64,000 nt of DNA from Candidatus Daviesbacteria bacterium. Lineage in GTDB: Bacteria > Patescibacteriota > Microgenomatia > Daviesbacterales > UBA10151. This document shows, piece after piece, positions 26,365-35,892 of this stretch. The stretch lies in contig JACPKL010000001.1 of the NCBI GenBank assembly GCA_016187035.1, positions 14,607 through 78,606 on the forward strand. The letters are read 5' to 3'. The notes beneath the pieces are model-generated. The model did not search any database and was not told where the DNA came from. It worked only from the letters and a program-made list of their open reading frames with translations. Position 1 is the first letter of the stretch. The number at the start of each line of letters is the position of its first letter. The position numbers and the translations under genes are program-made.

Positions 26365-27225
26365 TTATATACTAAATATTGATAAAAGGACTATACCTAT
26401 TAAGGTAGTTACTACCCCTACGACTTGCTGCTTGGTGATAGGATCTTTAAATATAAGAAATGCCAGAAAGACAAACAAAGTAACTGAAGATGAAGCAATA
26501 GGGGCTACCAGAGAAACCAAACCCTCACTAATGGCTAAATTATAACTAATCCCCCCTATGTTAATTAGCAATGCAGCTAACAAAAGAGGGATAAATACTC
26601 TTTTGTCTGGTTTTATCAATTTGATTCTCTTTACCTGCATTACTATCAGGATGATAGGGAAAGATAACCAGGTGAGATATCCTGGCCAAAACCAACCAAT
26701 CTGCTTAATTGGTATTTTGATAAAAGTAAAATATACTCCCCATAAAAGCATAGCGACGATGGCATAGGGTATTCCCCGATCGAGTAAAATATTTTTATTT
26801 TTTAACTGCCTCAAATTTAAACTGCTTAGGATTATCCCTAAAAATATTATTGAGATAAAAATTGACTGACCAAGTGAAATCTTCTCCCCTAAAAAAATTA
26901 TTGATAATAAAACTGTAACCAAAGCAAACGAAGAAGCAATAGTCCCGACTACAGCAGCATTTCCTACCCGCAATCCTTCATAAAAAGCCACCAAAGGTAT
27001 TGGGCCCAAAAATGTGAGTATAATAATTATTATTAAAGACTCCAGAGTAAATTTATTCAAATCTGCAAGTGCAAAAGGAATGTAAAAACTAGATAATATC
27101 AATCCTATTACAGATAGATATAAACTAAAGCTATATCCCCCGATTTTCCTAGAAGTTTGCGCACCCAAAATATCCCCAATTCCCCAACCTAAATATGATA
27201 TAAATGCAAAAATTATAGCTAACAT
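26365..27225 (-). CDS. EamA/DMT-family transporter
   Basis: 286 aa with ~10 TM helices in two EamA-like halves. Confidence 0.75.
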   Translation of the reverse strand: MLAIIFAFISYLGWGIGDILGAQTSRKIGGYSFSLYLSVIGLILSSFYIPFALADLNKFTLESLIIIIILTFLGPIPLVAFYEGLRVGNAAVVGTIASSFALVTVLLSIIFLGEKISLGQSIFISIIFLGIILSSLNLRQLKNKNILLDRGIPYAIVAMLLWGVYFTFIKIPIKQIGWFWPGYLTWLSFPIILIVMQVKRIKLIKPDKRVFIPLLLAALLINIGGISYNLAISEGLVSLVAPIASSSVTLFVFLAFLIFKDPITKQQVVGVVTTLIGIVLLSIFSI

Positions 27226-28220
27226 TAGGAAGGCTTTGCTTGGCGGGCTAAGGAGACTTTTTTACTTCTTTCCAAGAAGGCTTGTTGGGCAAGCTTTACA
27301 TTTTCTTCTTTACCTGCCCAGGCAGTCAAAGCCTCATCCTGCAAGGCCCTGCCATAAGAGTAGGAAAGCTGCCAGGGACTACCTTCTATCAGATTTATTT
27401 CATATAAATTTGTGGTTGCTTCATCAGGTGATTGCCCCCCAGACAAAAAGACAATACCTGGCATTGGGGATGGAACTACCTTTTTAAATGTTTCCACTGT
27501 AGCTTTAGCTATCTCTTTTGCAGACGCTTGAGTTGGGCATTTTTTGCCTGAGATAACCATATTTGGTTTTAAAATCATCCCTTCTAAAATTACTTTATGG
27601 GCAGCTAGTCTTTCAAAAACAGCTTTTAAGGTTTTTTCTGTTACATCCTGGCAGACTGCCAAAGTATTATCAGCATCCATCAATACTTCAGGCTCTACAA
27701 TTGGCACTATATCAGCCTCCTGGCAAAGGCTAGCATATCTGGCTAAACTTTCAGCATTAGCCCATATACAAGTATCTGAAGGTATCCCCTCTACTATGGT
27801 AATCACCGCTCTCCATTTGGCAAACCTTGCTCCCATCTCTTTATACTCAGTCAATCTGTCTCTTAACTCATCCAACCCTTCAGTTACCTTTTCTCCGGGA
27901 AAATTAGCCAGTTTCCAGGCACCTTTATCTACCTTAATTCCAGGGATTATCCCTTTGCTTTCTAAAAACTGAGGTACAGGAGTTCCGTCTATACTTTGTC
28001 TGATGGTTTCATCATATAAAATCACTCCAGAAATATAGTCTGCTATACCTGAAGTGGTAAAAAGCATTGTTCTGTAGGCTAAATTAGTCTCTGGAGTAGA
28101 AGTTAAACCAATTTTGTCAAATCTTTTTTGAATGGTTTTTGAAGATTCATCTGCAGCTAAGATCCCTTTTCCAAGAGCCACCATAACCCGAGCTGTTTGT
28201 TTTAAGACATTTATATCCAT
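27225..28220 (-). CDS. fba: Fructose-bisphosphate aldolase, class I
   Basis: GILAADESSKTIQKRF and the Schiff-base lysine context MILKPNMV. Eukaryote-like class I length. Confidence 0.85.
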   Translation of the reverse strand: MDINVLKQTARVMVALGKGILAADESSKTIQKRFDKIGLTSTPETNLAYRTMLFTTSGIADYISGVILYDETIRQSIDGTPVPQFLESKGIIPGIKVDKGAWKLANFPGEKVTEGLDELRDRLTEYKEMGARFAKWRAVITIVEGIPSDTCIWANAESLARYASLCQEADIVPIVEPEVLMDADNTLAVCQDVTEKTLKAVFERLAAHKVILEGMILKPNMVISGKKCPTQASAKEIAKATVETFKKVVPSPMPGIVFLSGGQSPDEATTNLYEINLIEGSPWQLSYSYGRALQDEALTAWAGKEENVKLAQQAFLERSKKVSLARQAKPS

Positions 28221-28231
28221 TGCTATAATAT

Positions 28232-28317
28232 GTCATTGCGAGGGATGTACCATACGGTACGTCCCGTGGCAATCTTCCTACTTGAGGTGGAAGATTCCTC
28301 ACTACGTTCGCAGTGAC
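28232..28317. repeat. Palindromic element family A, intergenic copy (86 bp)
   Basis: GTCATTGCGAG-GGATGTACCATACGGTACGTCCC-GTGGCAATCTTCC-tacttgaggt-GGAAGATTCCTCAC-..TTCGCAGTGAC. The right terminus is degenerate. Lies between fba and glpX. Confidence 0.85.
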
Positions 28318-28328
28318 AACGGTAACAT

Positions 28329-29318
28329 CTAATGATGTTCCTGTTTATGTAACTTTACACCATTATCGTCTACTGTCAAGGTGGCCACTTCATATCCATC
28401 CTCTTTACTCTTAACTCCAGATAGATTAAACCATTTATTGTCATCAGTTATTGCTGAAATTGACACTAAACAATCCTCCTTTTTACCGCTAACCACTTCA
28501 TCCACACTCCAGACTTTACTGTATCTTTTAGTAATTTCTGGATCAGCAGACCACCCTCTCGTCTCACAAGCAGCACCCAAAGCTTTAGCAGCTACTACTG
28601 CCATCACTCCCTCTTCAAATCCACCAATACCCATTATCAGATAAATTCCTTTGTTGTACCTTCGGGGATCAGTACAGGATAAAATAGAAGGCATAAAATC
28701 CCCTGCTTTGATTAAAATCAGATTAACCCCAAACTTTTGACAGGCATTAATATAATGGGCATTCCTATCTCTGTCCATCATGACCACATTAATCTCCGAA
28801 GGTTTAATTTTAAAAGTATCAACTACCTCTGCTAAATTCTCTTCAACAGGATTCCGAATGGAAATCCTGCCTTTAAGCTGTGGTGGGCCAAACAGCTTAT
28901 CCATATAATCAATATCCAAAGGAGTAGGCATTAAACCTTTATGTGACCCAACAGCTATCACAGATACAGCCCCAGGACTATTTAGTTTGGCCGCTTTTGA
29001 ACCTTCCACTACATCATTCACCATATCCAGCTGATGTTTTCCTAAGCCAAAAGTGCCCATTAAAGTTGGTAAGCTTTCCCCATACTGGTGGATATGTTTT
29101 CTGCCCTCAGACCCAACTACCTCCAGTACAAATGGAATGTCAGTTAAAGCTGTATACATGGCATCAACCCCTGTTTGATCTATCAGCTTTTCTCTTGCTT
29201 TAGATTCTTCCTCATCTAAAAAATCTTCTGGTGTGAAACCTTTTTCTTTAATCAGTCTGGCAACTGAAATAGCAGTCAATTCTGTAACTCTGGTTATGTA
29301 TTTTTTGACTTGATTCAT
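28329..29318 (-). CDS. glpX: Fructose-1,6-bisphosphatase class II (GlpX)
   Basis: Collinear GlpX-like blocks VTELTAISVARL, DVVEGS, YMDKL, AGDFMPSILSC and GIGGFEEGVMAV. Confidence 0.8.
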   Translation of the reverse strand: MNQVKKYITRVTELTAISVARLIKEKGFTPEDFLDEEESKAREKLIDQTGVDAMYTALTDIPFVLEVVGSEGRKHIHQYGESLPTLMGTFGLGKHQLDMVNDVVEGSKAAKLNSPGAVSVIAVGSHKGLMPTPLDIDYMDKLFGPPQLKGRISIRNPVEENLAEVVDTFKIKPSEINVVMMDRDRNAHYINACQKFGVNLILIKAGDFMPSILSCTDPRRYNKGIYLIMGIGGFEEGVMAVVAAKALGAACETRGWSADPEITKRYSKVWSVDEVVSGKKEDCLVSISAITDDNKWFNLSGVKSKEDGYEVATLTVDDNGVKLHKQEHH

Positions 29319-29692
29319 GGTGTAATAACCTGAACATCTGTCATTGGAAAATCAGATTTATTGTGTGTAATCAAAGTTAATTTATTTAATTTTGCCTGGG
29401 CTGCTAAAAAGCAATCTAAAAGATGTACCTTTTTTGTCTTTAGACTCATCTTTCGATATTTTGCCGCTATTCTTGCTGCGTCTAAATTCACAGAAAGAAT
29501 TATAAACTCATTTAACAACTTTTCAAATGCTTTTTCTTCTTGAGATGTGGCTTTTGACAAGAATTCTCCTGCCACTATAGAAGAAATCTTAATTTGTTTC
29601 TTTTTGATTAGTTTACTCAAAAGTTCTGATTCTGGAGAATAACCCTTAGCAGCTCTGATAAAGATATTTGTATCCGGTAAATAACCTATCAC
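29315..29692 (-). CDS. vapC: PIN-domain toxin VapC
   Basis: 125 aa. N-terminal acidic residue (LPDTNIF), LLDCFLAAQA and a THN C-terminal region. Overlaps the upstream antitoxin by 4 nt. Confidence 0.8.
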   Translation of the reverse strand: MIGYLPDTNIFIRAAKGYSPESELLSKLIKKKQIKISSIVAGEFLSKATSQEEKAFEKLLNEFIILSVNLDAARIAAKYRKMSLKTKKVHLLDCFLAAQAKLNKLTLITHNKSDFPMTDVQVITP

Positions 29693-29979
29693 TTTCTTAG
29701 TAGCGCTTTTTGCAACCTTTCCTCTCTTACTTCATCTGACAGTCTTCTCTCTTCTCTGACCCAATCTAACCATTCCTGAATTTCTTCATCTGTTCTTTTG
29801 GAACAACCGATAAATTCATCTGCTAATTTTTTCAGGTCAGTTTTTCTTTTTTTATCTTTTTCCAAACGTTCTTTGGCAGCTTTCCTTAAATAATCAGTTA
29901 AACTCTCACCACAGGCTTTACGGTGTTGATCTATTTCTCTGCGTAATTCTTCTGGTAAATAAATTTGAGTCCTTTGCAT
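29689..29979 (-). CDS. vapB: Ribbon-helix-helix antitoxin (VapB-like)
   Basis: MQRTQIYLPEELRREIDQHRKACGESLTDYLRKAAKERL is a typical RHH N-terminus. Confidence 0.7.
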   Translation of the reverse strand: MQRTQIYLPEELRREIDQHRKACGESLTDYLRKAAKERLEKDKKRKTDLKKLADEFIGCSKRTDEEIQEWLDWVREERRLSDEVREERLQKALLRK

Positions 29980-30021
29980 ACATCACTATTATACATCATT
30001 TGATTACTAAGTCAATCGCGA

Positions 30022-30315
30022 CTACTTGCTGACTTGGGATTCCAGTGCCTGATTGATATTTTCTACAGTATTATCTTTTAATTTAACCCGAACTTTATCT
30101 CCAGAAACTGTGTAAGTAGGTACACTGTTATTTTTACTTTCATCCTCAACCATTTGCTGGGTTTGGTTATCCATATCCAGCGAGGAAGACATATTCCAAG
30201 AAGCCTTGGATTTAAAAATTTGTTTTACCTGGACTAAATATAAGGTTGCAAAAAGACCTAGAAGTAGCAGTATTATTATCAAAAATAACCATTTATTTTC
30301 TCTTATATAATCCAT
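30022..30315 (-). CDS. Small membrane-anchored protein, hypothetical
   Basis: 97 aa with an N-terminal TM helix (WLFLIIILLLLGLFATLYLV). Last gene of a three-gene secreted-protein array. Confidence 0.4.
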   Translation of the reverse strand: MDYIRENKWLFLIIILLLLGLFATLYLVQVKQIFKSKASWNMSSSLDMDNQTQQMVEDESKNNSVPTYTVSGDKVRVKLKDNTVENINQALESQVSK

Positions 30316-30321
30316 ATTATT

Positions 30322-32529
30322 TTACTGTACGCAACCATCTCCCCATGGGCCTACATCATATTGATCACATCTTGTTGCCCCTTCATGATTTTGGCTACAC
30401 ACTGCATCAGATCCTTCTCTATCATTTGGATCACCATTAATCCAACAGGCTGTTTCAGGAGGTATGGGCACTTCCTCTGCTGGTTGTTCATCAGGTCTGG
30501 ACTTTTCAATATAAAAGGAGCTGTCTTCTTCGGAAGTTTCATCATTATAAATGATGATAATTTTAAATAAATTAAGATCATTTCTTAATTCAATTTCAGG
30601 ATTCTGATAACCTCCTTCGTCAGTATAAAGAATTATTTTATTTCCTTCATCACCAACAGGAACAAGATCCACCTCTTTAACTTTTTTAGCTATTTTAGCG
30701 ATAATTTTGATCCCGCCCACCTCAGTAGTTTCACCATTGTTAAGATCAGCTGAATAATCCTTAACATCCCCATCTTTTTCCACTACCCTGATATAGGTGA
30801 TATCATCATTTCCATTTTCCGGAGGACTATAGTATATTTCTTCTGTTTGCTCAGGATTATTTATTACCTCAGTTGTGGTGATCTCTTCCCCTTTGGCATC
30901 TTGTCTGTCCACAAAGTCAGCATCATTGGAGATTAACACCTGTTGAAGGTCATTATCCTGTGAAGAAGTTAGGTCATTCGGCTCCTCGGATGTGGTAGAT
31001 GTTGGGGTGGGTGTTAGGGTAGGATTGATTAAATGACCTGGACACTGAGGGTAGTTAAAGAAAACACTATAGATACCATCACGACTGTTATTAAACAATA
31101 GCAGCCGACGACGTCCACCATTAGGTCTAATATTACCTATTGGATCAACTACGGCAGAATCATAACCAGAACTGGAAAATTTTAAAAGTGCCTCTCCCTG
31201 GTTATTGGTAGTGGCTTTAGCCACTACTTCCTTAGTATCATCTTCTCTCTCCACTCTGACTGGCAGGTTAGGTACAGGAATCTGATCTGGATTACAGGTG
31301 ACAAGCGCTTTTACAGTTATGCTAATTGGTTTAGAAGTGTCAATTGTTTCCAAAGTTACGTTAATCGATTTGGATTTGTTTATAATGGGTTTAACCTTAC
31401 CGTTAATGCCAAGGAGGTTTGGAGAGTGGACTGATCTACTTGGATCATTCTTAGTTTGAATGGTTAGATCCCAGTAGGTTGTGAACTCTTTAGTAGCTTC
31501 ATCCCTAATCTTAATCGTAATACTTGAATCTGACCACTGCACGATGTCAAATTTAGTTAAATCTTCTACCAGAATAGAGTTGTACAATTTGATAGCGCCC
31601 GGCTCTTTGCCAAATCCCTTCCCTTCAATGATTACTTGTTGACCGGGATCAATTGCAGCAGGAGAAATCCTGCTGATAATTGAGTTTACAACAGAAGAGG
31701 TTGGTATAACCTGACTAAAGGCTCTGCTTTGGGGACTAATGATGAATGGATTCTTAAGTAGTTTTGATACCTCCGGGTTAACAATTGAGTTATTGATATT
31801 AGCATTGGGAAATAGAGCGGCGCCAGATCCGTCCCAAGACATCATATCATTGTAATGTTCTATTGCAGGCGGCAGCGGTTGCGGAGCATTTGGTTTGCAC
31901 TCTTTTAGGCTGGCAATTGAACAAGGATGAAAATAGGCATACTCAGAATTAACCAGGCCAAAAGCATGCCCCAGTTCATGCGCTATAGTGCCAAGACTAT
32001 AACTCTTTGCATAATCTGAATTTAGTTTAAGCAGATTATCTTCATCCAATATAGCATATGGAATATCCCACTCGTAAATCCAGGCGCAATTATTAAGAGA
32101 CTTTGATCCTATTACCCAGATTGCATAAATAATATTAGCCTGTTTTTTAAAATAGTCAAACCCGTCAGCTCTTGTAAAGACGTCACAGGCCTGCTTTGCG
32201 CCAGTTCTGGCTGATCCTTTCTGAGCAATCTTAACATCAACATCAAGATAGATTTTAAAAGTGGCGCCGTTTAGTCTCTTAGCGTAGAACTGCTGTACAT
32301 CTTTTAAAGCCTGAATAATTTGCGGTTTAAACCTTTCAATCTCTTTATCAGAAAAGTCGTTTTTATGATCTGCTAAAATAAAAAGTCCTGGTTTAACAAT
32401 ATATTCCTGGGCATAAACTTCTCTTGAAGTCACAAAGATTAACCCTAGACAAATTATAGAAAAGAAGCAAAGCTTTTCTACGAATAAGCAAAGCTTTTCT
32501 ACGAATAAAAAGCATCTATTAAATTTCAT
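30322..32529 (-). CDS. Secreted zinc-metalloprotease-like protein (HEXXH) with beta-rich middle region, acidic tract and Cys-rich C-terminus
   Basis: Signal-peptide-like N-terminus ending VYA-QE, HELGHAFGL motif, Thr/Pro linker TPTPTSTTSEEP and a C-terminal CWINGD..C..C..C module. The N-terminus contains a 21-bp perfect tandem duplication. Confidence 0.55.
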   Translation of the reverse strand: MKFNRCFLFVEKLCLFVEKLCFFSIICLGLIFVTSREVYAQEYIVKPGLFILADHKNDFSDKEIERFKPQIIQALKDVQQFYAKRLNGATFKIYLDVDVKIAQKGSARTGAKQACDVFTRADGFDYFKKQANIIYAIWVIGSKSLNNCAWIYEWDIPYAILDEDNLLKLNSDYAKSYSLGTIAHELGHAFGLVNSEYAYFHPCSIASLKECKPNAPQPLPPAIEHYNDMMSWDGSGAALFPNANINNSIVNPEVSKLLKNPFIISPQSRAFSQVIPTSSVVNSIISRISPAAIDPGQQVIIEGKGFGKEPGAIKLYNSILVEDLTKFDIVQWSDSSITIKIRDEATKEFTTYWDLTIQTKNDPSRSVHSPNLLGINGKVKPIINKSKSINVTLETIDTSKPISITVKALVTCNPDQIPVPNLPVRVEREDDTKEVVAKATTNNQGEALLKFSSSGYDSAVVDPIGNIRPNGGRRRLLLFNNSRDGIYSVFFNYPQCPGHLINPTLTPTPTSTTSEEPNDLTSSQDNDLQQVLISNDADFVDRQDAKGEEITTTEVINNPEQTEEIYYSPPENGNDDITYIRVVEKDGDVKDYSADLNNGETTEVGGIKIIAKIAKKVKEVDLVPVGDEGNKIILYTDEGGYQNPEIELRNDLNLFKIIIIYNDETSEEDSSFYIEKSRPDEQPAEEVPIPPETACWINGDPNDREGSDAVCSQNHEGATRCDQYDVGPWGDGCVQ
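32465..32506. repeat. Perfect 2 x 21-bp tandem duplication (AAGCAAAGCTTTTCTACGAAT)
   Basis: Read directly. Encodes the duplicated FVEKLCL/FVEKLCF at the N-terminus of the metalloprotease-like ORF. Confidence 0.9.
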
Positions 32530-33014
32530 ATTTGACCTGTCCAGGCTATACTACCATCAGGGTAAAATAATCTAATGATTGCGCCTTGGGCGTAAACAGT
32601 AGTCACACGGAAATCAAGGTCACCTTTAGCTGTTTGCAGTATCTTTTTAGCAGTTGTAGACCAACCTTTTTGTAAAAGCTCATTTTTATTGGAAACAACT
32701 TCCAGTCTATAAATAAATTCATTTGGATCATTCGGAGGTTGAGAAGGAAATAAAGGAGGCAGGTCGCCTTTTGTTGTACCTGTGCTAAGTTGAGAGATAA
32801 GATTAGTTTTAGGATTGTATTCTAGATCTACATAATATAGGTCTGGGTGAGTATCCGTAGCTAACTTATTTATCGTTGTTTGCTTAATTAATTTAGGTTG
32901 AATTTTAGTGGTAACACCAGCGCTTTTTAGAAAAAGAAAATATCCTCCAATACTAAACACTATAATGAGGGCTAAAATTATCAATAATATTCCCAGGAAT
33001 TTAGAGGTTTCCAC
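32526..33014 (-). CDS. Membrane-anchored/secreted hypothetical protein
   Basis: 162 aa with an N-terminal TM helix. Overlaps the downstream metalloprotease-like start by 4 nt. Confidence 0.45.
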   Translation of the reverse strand: METSKFLGILLIILALIIVFSIGGYFLFLKSAGVTTKIQPKLIKQTTINKLATDTHPDLYYVDLEYNPKTNLISQLSTGTTKGDLPPLFPSQPPNDPNEFIYRLEVVSNKNELLQKGWSTTAKKILQTAKGDLDFRVTTVYAQGAIIRLFYPDGSIAWTGQI

Positions 33015-33034
33015 ACTTTTATCATGTACCTAAA

Positions 33035-34192
33035 TTAATACTCAGTCAAGTCCTCTAAATTTTTCTCCACCAATTCTAAAATTTCTTTTTTAAATCTAAC
33101 TTTTCCAAACTTCTCAGCGTTTTTGCGGCAGTCTTCGGTTTTGATACGATGATTCGTATCATCAAAGCGTTTAAGGACTTCTATTAAACTGTCCACAGAA
33201 ATTTGTCCTGGACAACCATATAATAATCCTGTTTTTCCATCTATGACTGTTTCTAAAAAGCCCCCGCTAAGCGGGGCTATGACCGGAGTTCCACAAACCT
33301 GGGCTTCTATTGAAGTAATCCCAAAATCCTCATCTTCTGAGGCCACAATTAAAGCCTGAGCATTAGACAGTAACTCTACTCTATCCTGATCAGATACCCA
33401 ACCCAGGAAAGTAGTTGGTAGTTGGTAGTTGGTAGCAAGCTTTTTTAGATTTTTTAATTCAGGACCAGATCCTGCTACTTTGAGTGGTAAACCTAATCTA
33501 CCACAAGCTTCTACCACTACCTCTACTCCCTTTCCCCTGACTAATCTACTCAGCACTAAATAATAAAATTTTGAATTTTGATTTGTATTTTTGATTTTTG
33601 AATTTTGAATTTTGAATTCTGCAAGATCCACTGGTGGGTAAATTACCACACTATCCCTTCTGTAAAATTTCTTGATCCGCTCTTGAACATTCTTAGAATT
33701 AGCAATTAAAATATCCGGTCTTTGGGAGGTCTCAAAATCATAAATTCTTAGAATATGATTAGCTAACTCCCCTAAAATTCTAGTAATAAAGTTTTTTTTA
33801 TAATTAAAAGAAGTCACATAACCATATAAAAACCTGGGCGGGGTATGAATGTAGCTTAAATGGAGCGTCTCGGGTTTAGTAATAACGGCTTTGGCAAAAT
33901 ATATGGCAGATGAAGAAATGACCAAATCATATTCAGATAAATCAAAACTTTCAAACATTAAACAAGCAAATACTCTGCAAGGAGACAACAGCTTATTGGC
34001 AAAAGGAAATTTTTGAAACCAGGAAGGCCTGATATCCCAATCCTTGAAACGCTTGCCATTCTCCCCCATTGCCTCCAAATTTACATAAGCAGTGTAGACA
34101 GGAGCATTAGGAAAGATTTCATGAAGGGCTTCTAAAACTCTTTCTGCTCCACCATATTCTCTTAAATAATCATGAGCTAATGCAACCTTCAT
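33035..34192 (-). CDS. Glycosyltransferase family 4 (GT-B fold)
   Basis: MKVALAHDYLREYGGAERV N-terminus and EDFGITSIEAQVCGTPVIA (EX7E region). Two in-frame heptamer tracts. Confidence 0.8.
   Translation of the reverse strand: MKVALAHDYLREYGGAERVLEALHEIFPNAPVYTAYVNLEAMGENGKRFKDWDIRPSWFQKFPFANKLLSPCRVFACLMFESFDLSEYDLVISSSAIYFAKAVITKPETLHLSYIHTPPRFLYGYVTSFNYKKNFITRILGELANHILRIYDFETSQRPDILIANSKNVQERIKKFYRRDSVVIYPPVDLAEFKIQNSKIKNTNQNSKFYYLVLSRLVRGKGVEVVVEACGRLGLPLKVAGSGPELKNLKKLATNYQLPTTFLGWVSDQDRVELLSNAQALIVASEDEDFGITSIEAQVCGTPVIAPLSGGFLETVIDGKTGLLYGCPGQISVDSLIEVLKRFDDTNHRIKTEDCRKNAEKFGKVRFKKEILELVEKNLEDLTEY
33411..33436. repeat. Heptamer tract GTAGTTG x3.7 (in GT4)
   Basis: GTAGTTGGTAGTTGGTAGTTGGTAGC encodes ATNYQLPTT. 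Confidence 0.85.
33567..33621. repeat. Heptamer tract AATTTTG/ATTTTTG, ~8 units (in GT4)
   Basis: AATTTTGAATTTTGATTTGTATTTTTGATTTTTGAATTTTGAATTTTGAATTCTG encodes FKIQNSKIKNTNQNSKF. The unit is the same as in the carA tract. Confidence 0.85.
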
Positions 34193-35001
34193 GCTGATTT
34201 TGCTACCTCAATCAACTGTTCAAATGATAATTTAGTAGGTTTACTATCTGGAGCTGATGATGAACCACAAATAACCATATGATGAGATTGGTGTAAAAAC
34301 CAGTCAGCCTTTGGATCTAACTCTTTGACTTTTTTGTATATAGCTTCTATATCTGCCTCAGGAGCAAAAAATTGAACTGCAGGATACTTTGGATTATACA
34401 TTAAAAACAGATCCCTGCCTTGCTCCCTGACAAATTCCCTGTCCACAGTTTCTGAAATAACTGCATAAGATTTGCCAAATTCAGACTCAAACTCCACTCT
34501 TTTCTCCCAGTCTAGCAAAGATTGTTCTTTTCTTTTTAATACTTTTAAAACCCTATCTAATATCTCTCTACCCAGCGCTACAGATTTTTGGGAAGTTTCA
34601 TTGGAATTAGCTTTGGTTCTGATAAAAGATTGAATACTAAACTCATCAAACTGGTTATTTGGAGCTTTACCTGTATCAATAAGTTTATTCCAGGAAACTA
34701 ACTTTTCTAAAGCCTTTTGGGTCAAACCAGAAGGTATAAATCCCTGCTCTTTTAAATATTCATAGACAAGGGACCCTGCGCAAGTGTCTAAACCTTCCTT
34801 ATGCTCATCAAATCTTCCTCCTCCTGTGCCTACAAATACTCTATCTGCTGTTTCCTGTCCTGCTTTGTCATGTGAGGCTGAAATGAACTCTACCTGGGCA
34901 TCTTTGAACTGCGGATGGAATTTTTTAAAAAGCCAGATCCCACAAATATCATCCAGGTGTGGATTAATGTGGGTAACCAAAACTTTTGCCATAGTTGTCA
35001 A
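34189..35001 (-). CDS. Conserved hypothetical protein; possibly an MYG1/UPF0160-like metal-dependent hydrolase
   Basis: VTHINPHLDDICGIWL ... GTGGGRFDEH loosely follows the MYG1 His/Asp pattern. The family assignment is tentative. Confidence 0.35.
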   Translation of the reverse strand: MTTMAKVLVTHINPHLDDICGIWLFKKFHPQFKDAQVEFISASHDKAGQETADRVFVGTGGGRFDEHKEGLDTCAGSLVYEYLKEQGFIPSGLTQKALEKLVSWNKLIDTGKAPNNQFDEFSIQSFIRTKANSNETSQKSVALGREILDRVLKVLKRKEQSLLDWEKRVEFESEFGKSYAVISETVDREFVREQGRDLFLMYNPKYPAVQFFAPEADIEAIYKKVKELDPKADWFLHQSHHMVICGSSSAPDSKPTKLSFEQLIEVAKSA

Positions 35002-35100
35002 AGTATAACATTCAAGAAGTTTCTCTACAATTTATTCCCATACATTTAAACGATCGTATTGTGTTATGTCTTTTTACATATACTATGATAAGATCATCAT

Positions 35101-35892
35101 ATGATTCTAGTTAAAAAGCTACTTTTTGCACCTTTATTTTTAATTACTTTTGCTTTATTAATTTCCCAGCTCTCCCCTATTTTTAAATCTTCTGATTTTA
35201 TCTTTTCTTTATCCATTAACAATCTTTTTCAGTTAATTATTATTTCCATCTTATTGAGTTTATCCTCTTTTTTATTTATTATATTTGCAACTTTGTCTTT
35301 TGACTTAAGACTAATCCTCCCGGTCAATTTACTAATCTCTGTCATTCCTATGTTTTTTTTAGATCAGGCTATTGGAGTAGTTTTAGCTGTGGCAGTGTTT
35401 ATAAGTTTGCTTGTTAGTTATCTTTCTTTGGAAAATACTCTAAAAACTTACTTGAATTTTCAACCAACTATCTTATTTGGTCCATCTTTCAGGCGTTTAT
35501 CCTCTTTTTTAATCTTAGTTATCTCTATCACATACTTTTTGGCAAGCAGCAGCATAATTGCTCAAAATGGTTTTCAAATTCCTGATTCTATAATAGATAC
35601 TACTCTAAAGTTTACTCCTCAATCTGAAACAACTACCAAAATTCCCCAAGAACTAGTTGATAATCTAATCAAACAAACTGTAAAAGATCAGATCCAATCA
35701 TTTATTAAACCTTATTTAAATTTTATTCCTGCAATTTTGGGATTACTGCTGTTTGTAACTTTCCAGTCTCTAACTTCCATTATCAATCTTTTGATATATC
35801 CCCTGCTTTGGATTACTTTTAATATTTTAGAAAAAACAGGGTACGTAAAATTTACAACTGAGATGAGGCCAGTTAAGAAGATGGTTATTTAA
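35101..35892 (+). CDS. Polytopic membrane protein, hypothetical
   Basis: 263 aa with several hydrophobic helices. Its last ~14 codons form the left copy of a ~42-bp direct repeat. Confidence 0.5.
   Translation: MILVKKLLFAPLFLITFALLISQLSPIFKSSDFIFSLSINNLFQLIIISILLSLSSFLFIIFATLSFDLRLILPVNLLISVIPMFFLDQAIGVVLAVAVFISLLVSYLSLENTLKTYLNFQPTILFGPSFRRLSSFLILVISITYFLASSSIIAQNGFQIPDSIIDTTLKFTPQSETTTKIPQELVDNLIKQTVKDQIQSFIKPYLNFIPAILGLLLFVTFQSLTSIINLLIYPLLWITFNILEKTGYVKFTTEMRPVKKMVI
35851..35892. repeat. Direct repeat, left copy (target duplication flanking the TA cassette)
   Basis: TTTACAACTGAGATGAGGCCAGTTAAGAAGATGGTTATTTAA versus 36490-36531 TTTATAACTTAGATGAGGCCAGTTAAAAAAATGGTTATTTAA (38/42 identical by my alignment). 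Confidence 0.85.

Noticed and set aside
30351-30581. Nested ORFs 30351-30581 (-) and 30361-30570 (+) inside the metalloprotease-like gene.
   Set aside because: They are alternative frames of the acidic/Cys-rich C-terminal region of a much longer ORF, with no independent start signals.
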